This document shows, in pieces, positions 60,345 through 64,000 of a stretch of 64,000 nt of DNA (the first letter of the stretch is position 1; each line of letters begins with the position of its first letter). The notes below the pieces were generated by a model. The model saw only the letters and a list, made by a program, of their open reading frames with translations. It was not told the origin of the DNA and did no database searches. The DNA is from Anaeramoeba ignava BMAN (taxonomy: Eukaryota; Protista; Anaeramoebae): contig JAPDFW010000060.1 of NCBI GenBank assembly GCA_028826165.1, positions 124,001 through 188,000 of the forward strand. The letters run 5' to 3'. A program made the translations under genes and the position numbers.

Positions 60345-62451
60345 ATGAATTGGTTTATTTACAAAATTTTGGTTTTGTTTTTTATTTCATTAAGTTTAGC
60401 ATCAGTTGAATGGGATAATTGTGGAGTAAGTTTACCAATTACAATTCAAAATATTGATTATTCACCAAGTAATGCAGTTGAAATTGATTCGTTATTAAAT
60501 GTTACAGTTACTATTGATATTCAAACAGGTTATTCAATCCCAACTGGAAGTCAATTAAAACTTCAAGTAAAAATTTTTTAATTTATTTATTTTTGTTTTT
60601 TTTAATTTTAAAAAAAAATTTTTTTTTATTTTAAATTTTAATTAATTAAATTATTATTTGTTTGAATATTTAATTTAATGAGAAGATCTATTTTGGAAAA
60701 TTTTTTTTTCTTTTTGTTTTTTAAAAATTGTTTTATTTCAACTAGCAAAAAATTTTTTTAAATTAAAATTCATTTATTAAATTCAAATTAAAATTAAAAT
60801 TAAAATTAAAATTAAAATTAAAATTCAAATTCATTTATAAAATTCATTTATAAAATTCAAATTCATTTATAAAATTCATTTATAAAATTCATTTATTAAA
60901 TTAAAATTGAAATTAAAATTAAAAAGGTTTGGGTTGAAAATTTTAATGGAGATCCAATTATTAGTGATTATTTCCCTATTTGTTCAATTTCAGATCAAAT
61001 TCATTGTCCAGTTTCTGCAGGACAATTATTATTTAAAGAAGTTAATTTACAGTAAAAAAAATAAACAAATTTAAAAAGAAAAAAGAAAAAAGAAAAAAGA
61101 AAAAAGAAAATTAAAACGGAAAAAAATTTTCTATTTAAATTTGACAGAGTTCCTGAATTTCCAGTTGGACATTATAAAGCAAAACTTGAATTTTTTAACG
61201 GAACAACTGAACTTGGATGTTCTGATATTTACTGGACAATTTGGGCACCAGAACCACCTCCAACATGCTATTTTCAATCTTCAACTGTAGCTTCTGGACT
61301 TAATTCTGATTTTCATTATGAACATCTTCTTCCAAAAGATCGTTTAGTTAATGATTGGGTTCAAGTTGGTTCATTAGGACCAGAAGGTCCTTTTGTTAAT
61401 GGCAATTTAACAGGATTTACTGCAACAAATGATAGTAAATTGGCAAAAAACAACAATTTTAATTTTAATTTAAATTAATTTTAATTTTGATTTATTTTTA
61501 TTCCACTTTTTTTATTTTAATTATTTTTATTCCACTTTTTTTATTTTAATTATTTTTAATTATTTTAATTATTTTTATTCCACTTTTTTATTTATATTTA
61601 ATTATTTTAATTTTAATTTTATTTTAATTTTAATTAATTTTAATTTTAATTAATTTTAATTTTAATTATTTTTATTTTAATTTTAATTTTAATTAATTTT
61701 ATATTTAGATACTTTTGGAATGAATATTAGTTCAATGTCTTTTGAATATGCTCTAAATGCAACTCTTACTCAAATAGTTAACGGAAATACTTTTTCATAT
61801 TCAGGATTGTTTTGGGTTGGAAGTGCAGAAATGGATATGAACACTTGGAGTAAGTGTTTCTGGAAAGGTGAAATTACATTTAATGCTTCATATTCAACAA
61901 CAACAGGAGAAGTATTAAGTATGACAGGAGAAATTACTGTTGATCCAGGTTCAAGTTATCCACCAGCTTGGCCTGGACCTCAAACTTTTGGGAAATTAAA
62001 TCCGATAAAGATTTCTTATGTGAATTCAGATCAATGGGGATTTCATGCACAAAGAGAAATTTGTCAATGCACTATTGATAATTGTGGGGTTTGTGGAGGA
62101 GGTAATTAAATTAACAAGAAATTTATTTGCTTTTTTTTAATTTTATTTGCTTTTTTTTATTTTTATTTGCTTTTTCTTATTTATTTGCTTTTTTTTATTT
62201 ATTTGCTTTTATTTATTTGCTTTTTTTTTATTTGCTTTTTTTTAGATGGTTCTTCTTGTGCTACAAGTACTTCAAAAAGTTCTAATGCTGGTGCTATTGC
62301 TGCTGGTGTTATTGTTCCTGTTGTTGTTATTGTTGGTGTTGTTTTTGGTGTTATTTATTACAAAAAAAAGAAAAGAGAACATCATATTCGTGAAACTGTT
62401 ATGTCTTCAGAAATTGGTGATACAGAAAATTGGACAAAAATCACTAATTAA
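60345..62451 (+). CDS. Type I membrane protein: signal peptide, ML (MD-2/NPC2-like lipid-recognition) domain, beta-rich region, DxCGVCGGDGSSC motif, TM helix, short tail; 5 exons
   Basis: MNWFIYKILVLFFISLSLA-SVEWDNCG...LKLQ|VWVE...PIC...IHCPVSAG...NLQ|VPEFPVGHYKAKLEFFNGTTELGC...|...IDNCGVCGG|DGSSC...AIAAGVIVPVVVIVGVVFGVIYYKKKK. All introns are GT-AG. Confidence 0.8.
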
Positions 62452-62908
62452 AAAAAAAAAAATTTCTCCATTTTAATAACAAAAAAAAAAAAAAAAAGAG
62501 GAACTTTTTGAATATCTTTCCTCTTTTTATTTGGATCTTTTACTTTTTTTTTTTTCATTCATTTTTTTCTTTTCTTTTCATTTTTTTTTTTGGATTGAAA
62601 TTGAATGAAAAATTCCAAAAAAAAAAAATATTTTTCATTTTGTTTTTGTTTGTTTTTCATTTTTTGAACCAAATTAAAATTGAAAAAAAAGAAATTTCAA
62701 AAAAAATTTGGATTAAAATTTGGATTAAAATTTCAAAAAAAATTTGGATTAAAATTTGAATTAAAATTTGAATTGATAATTGTTTTTTAATTGAAAATTG
62801 AATTGATAAATTGTCTTTTAATTGGAAATTGTTTTTTAATTGAAAATTGTCTTTTAATTGGAAATTGTTTTTTAATTGATAGTTGTTTTTTAATTGAAAA
62901 ATTGTTTT

Positions 62909-63419
62909 TTAATTGATAGTGCAAGGATCAGCCTAAAAAATTTAATAGAAAATAAAACAATTAAATTATATAAATATTTAATCAATAAATTTTAAAATTA
63001 AATAAAATGAATAAATTTAATTACATGTCCACAAGCAGAACATCCTCCACTACTAAATTCTCCCCAAGGGAAATACTAAATAAAAGAAAATAAAAGAAAA
63101 AAAAATTTTGAATTAAAAAATTTTTAGTTGTCAAAAATCGGAAAAAAAATTTTAATTAAAAAATTTTGAATTAAAATATAAATTAATTACAGTAATTTGT
63201 TCAACTCCATTCAAAAATCGAGAAGCTTGACTGTTAGCCCATGAAACACATTCATCATAAGTTCCTGTGTATCCCCAATCACATTCTTGTGGGCAATAAC
63301 AAACATAAAGTGGGAAAGGAACACTTCCTCTGAGATTGTTTTGTTTGGTAATTCCAGTTACTTTCACTCCACTCTTTGAATCAACTTGTGAAACTTCATC
63401 AAAAGTGGAATCTGGTCCA
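62909..63419 (-). CDS. Last three exons of a Cys-rich protein of unknown function; the 5' part lies beyond an intron that runs off the window
   Basis: GPDSTFDEVSQVDSKSGVKVTG...YVCYCPQECDWGYTGTYDECVSWANSQASRFLNGVEQIT|YFPWGEFSSGGCSACGH|ADPCTIN* with GT-AG introns. Confidence 0.75.
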
Positions 63420-63420
63420 C

Positions 63421-64000
63421 TAATTTATTATTAAAATTATTATTTAAATTATTGTTAAAATTATTATTAAATTTATTATTAAAATTATTATTAAAATTAT
63501 TATTAAATTTATTATAAAAATTTATTATTAAAATTATTATTAAAATTATTATTAAAATTATTATTAAAATTATTATTAAATTTATTATTAAATTTATTAT
63601 TAAAATTATTATTAAAATTATTATTAAATTTATTATTAAATTTATTATTAAAATTATTATTAAAATTATTATTAAAATTATTATTATAATTATTATTATT
63701 AAATTGATGATTAAATCTATTATTAAATTTATTATTAAATTTATTATAAAAATTTATTATTAAAATTATTATTAAAATTATTATTAAAATTATTATTAAA
63801 AATTATTATTATATTTATTATTAAAATTATTATTAAATTGATGATTAAATTTATTATAAAAATTTATTATTAAATTTATTATATAAAATTTATTATTAAA
63901 ATTATTATTAAATTTATTATTAAAATTATTATTAAAATTATTATTAAATTTATTATTAAATTTATTAATAAAATTATTATTAAAATTATTATTAAAATTA
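63421..64000. repeat. 12-nt TTATTATTAAAA minisatellite (intronic)
   Basis: Direct reading. Confidence 0.9.

Noticed and set aside
1-64000. Transposons, tRNA or rRNA genes
   Set aside because: I saw no transposase or RT motifs, terminal repeats, cloverleaf structures or rRNA-like GC-rich segments. The EEP gene stands alone with no RT ORF.

Overview
Extremely AT-rich eukaryotic (protist) genomic DNA. It uses the standard genetic code and GT-AG spliceosomal introns, and microsatellites fill many introns, spacers and protein linkers. The NQ/EN/KE runs, ankyrin-BTB-BTB gene and Rab expansion suggest an Anaeramoeba-like anaerobic amoeba; this is an inference only. The left 19 kb holds single genes: a myristoylated LRR-PP2C phosphatase, a motor-less fragment resembling the DNAH6-type dynein tail, an ENPP phosphodiesterase, a rhodanese-DSP (MAPK phosphatase-like) gene with a ~66-unit LEN[EQK] insertion, an EEP-domain gene, a Ras, and an NCOA5/Nab3-like RRM gene. 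The dominant feature is nearly invisible in the ORF track. From 19.2 to 58.7 kb lies a minus-strand head-to-tail array of 22 six-exon Rab1-derived GTPase genes (21 apparently intact, 1 disrupted), interrupted once by an intronless ankyrin-BTB-BTB gene. All 22 copies have a different switch-I exon, even where the flanking introns are almost identical. Switch II and the P-loop are also diversified. Some copies lose the catalytic Gln, the G2 Thr or the prenylation signal, and identical patches between otherwise divergent neighbours indicate gene conversion. Together this looks like a diversifying Rab repertoire locus. The right end has an 85-bp tandem repeat, an ML-domain type-I membrane protein and a partial Cys-rich gene. 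All gene models were spliced by eye and no database searches were run.
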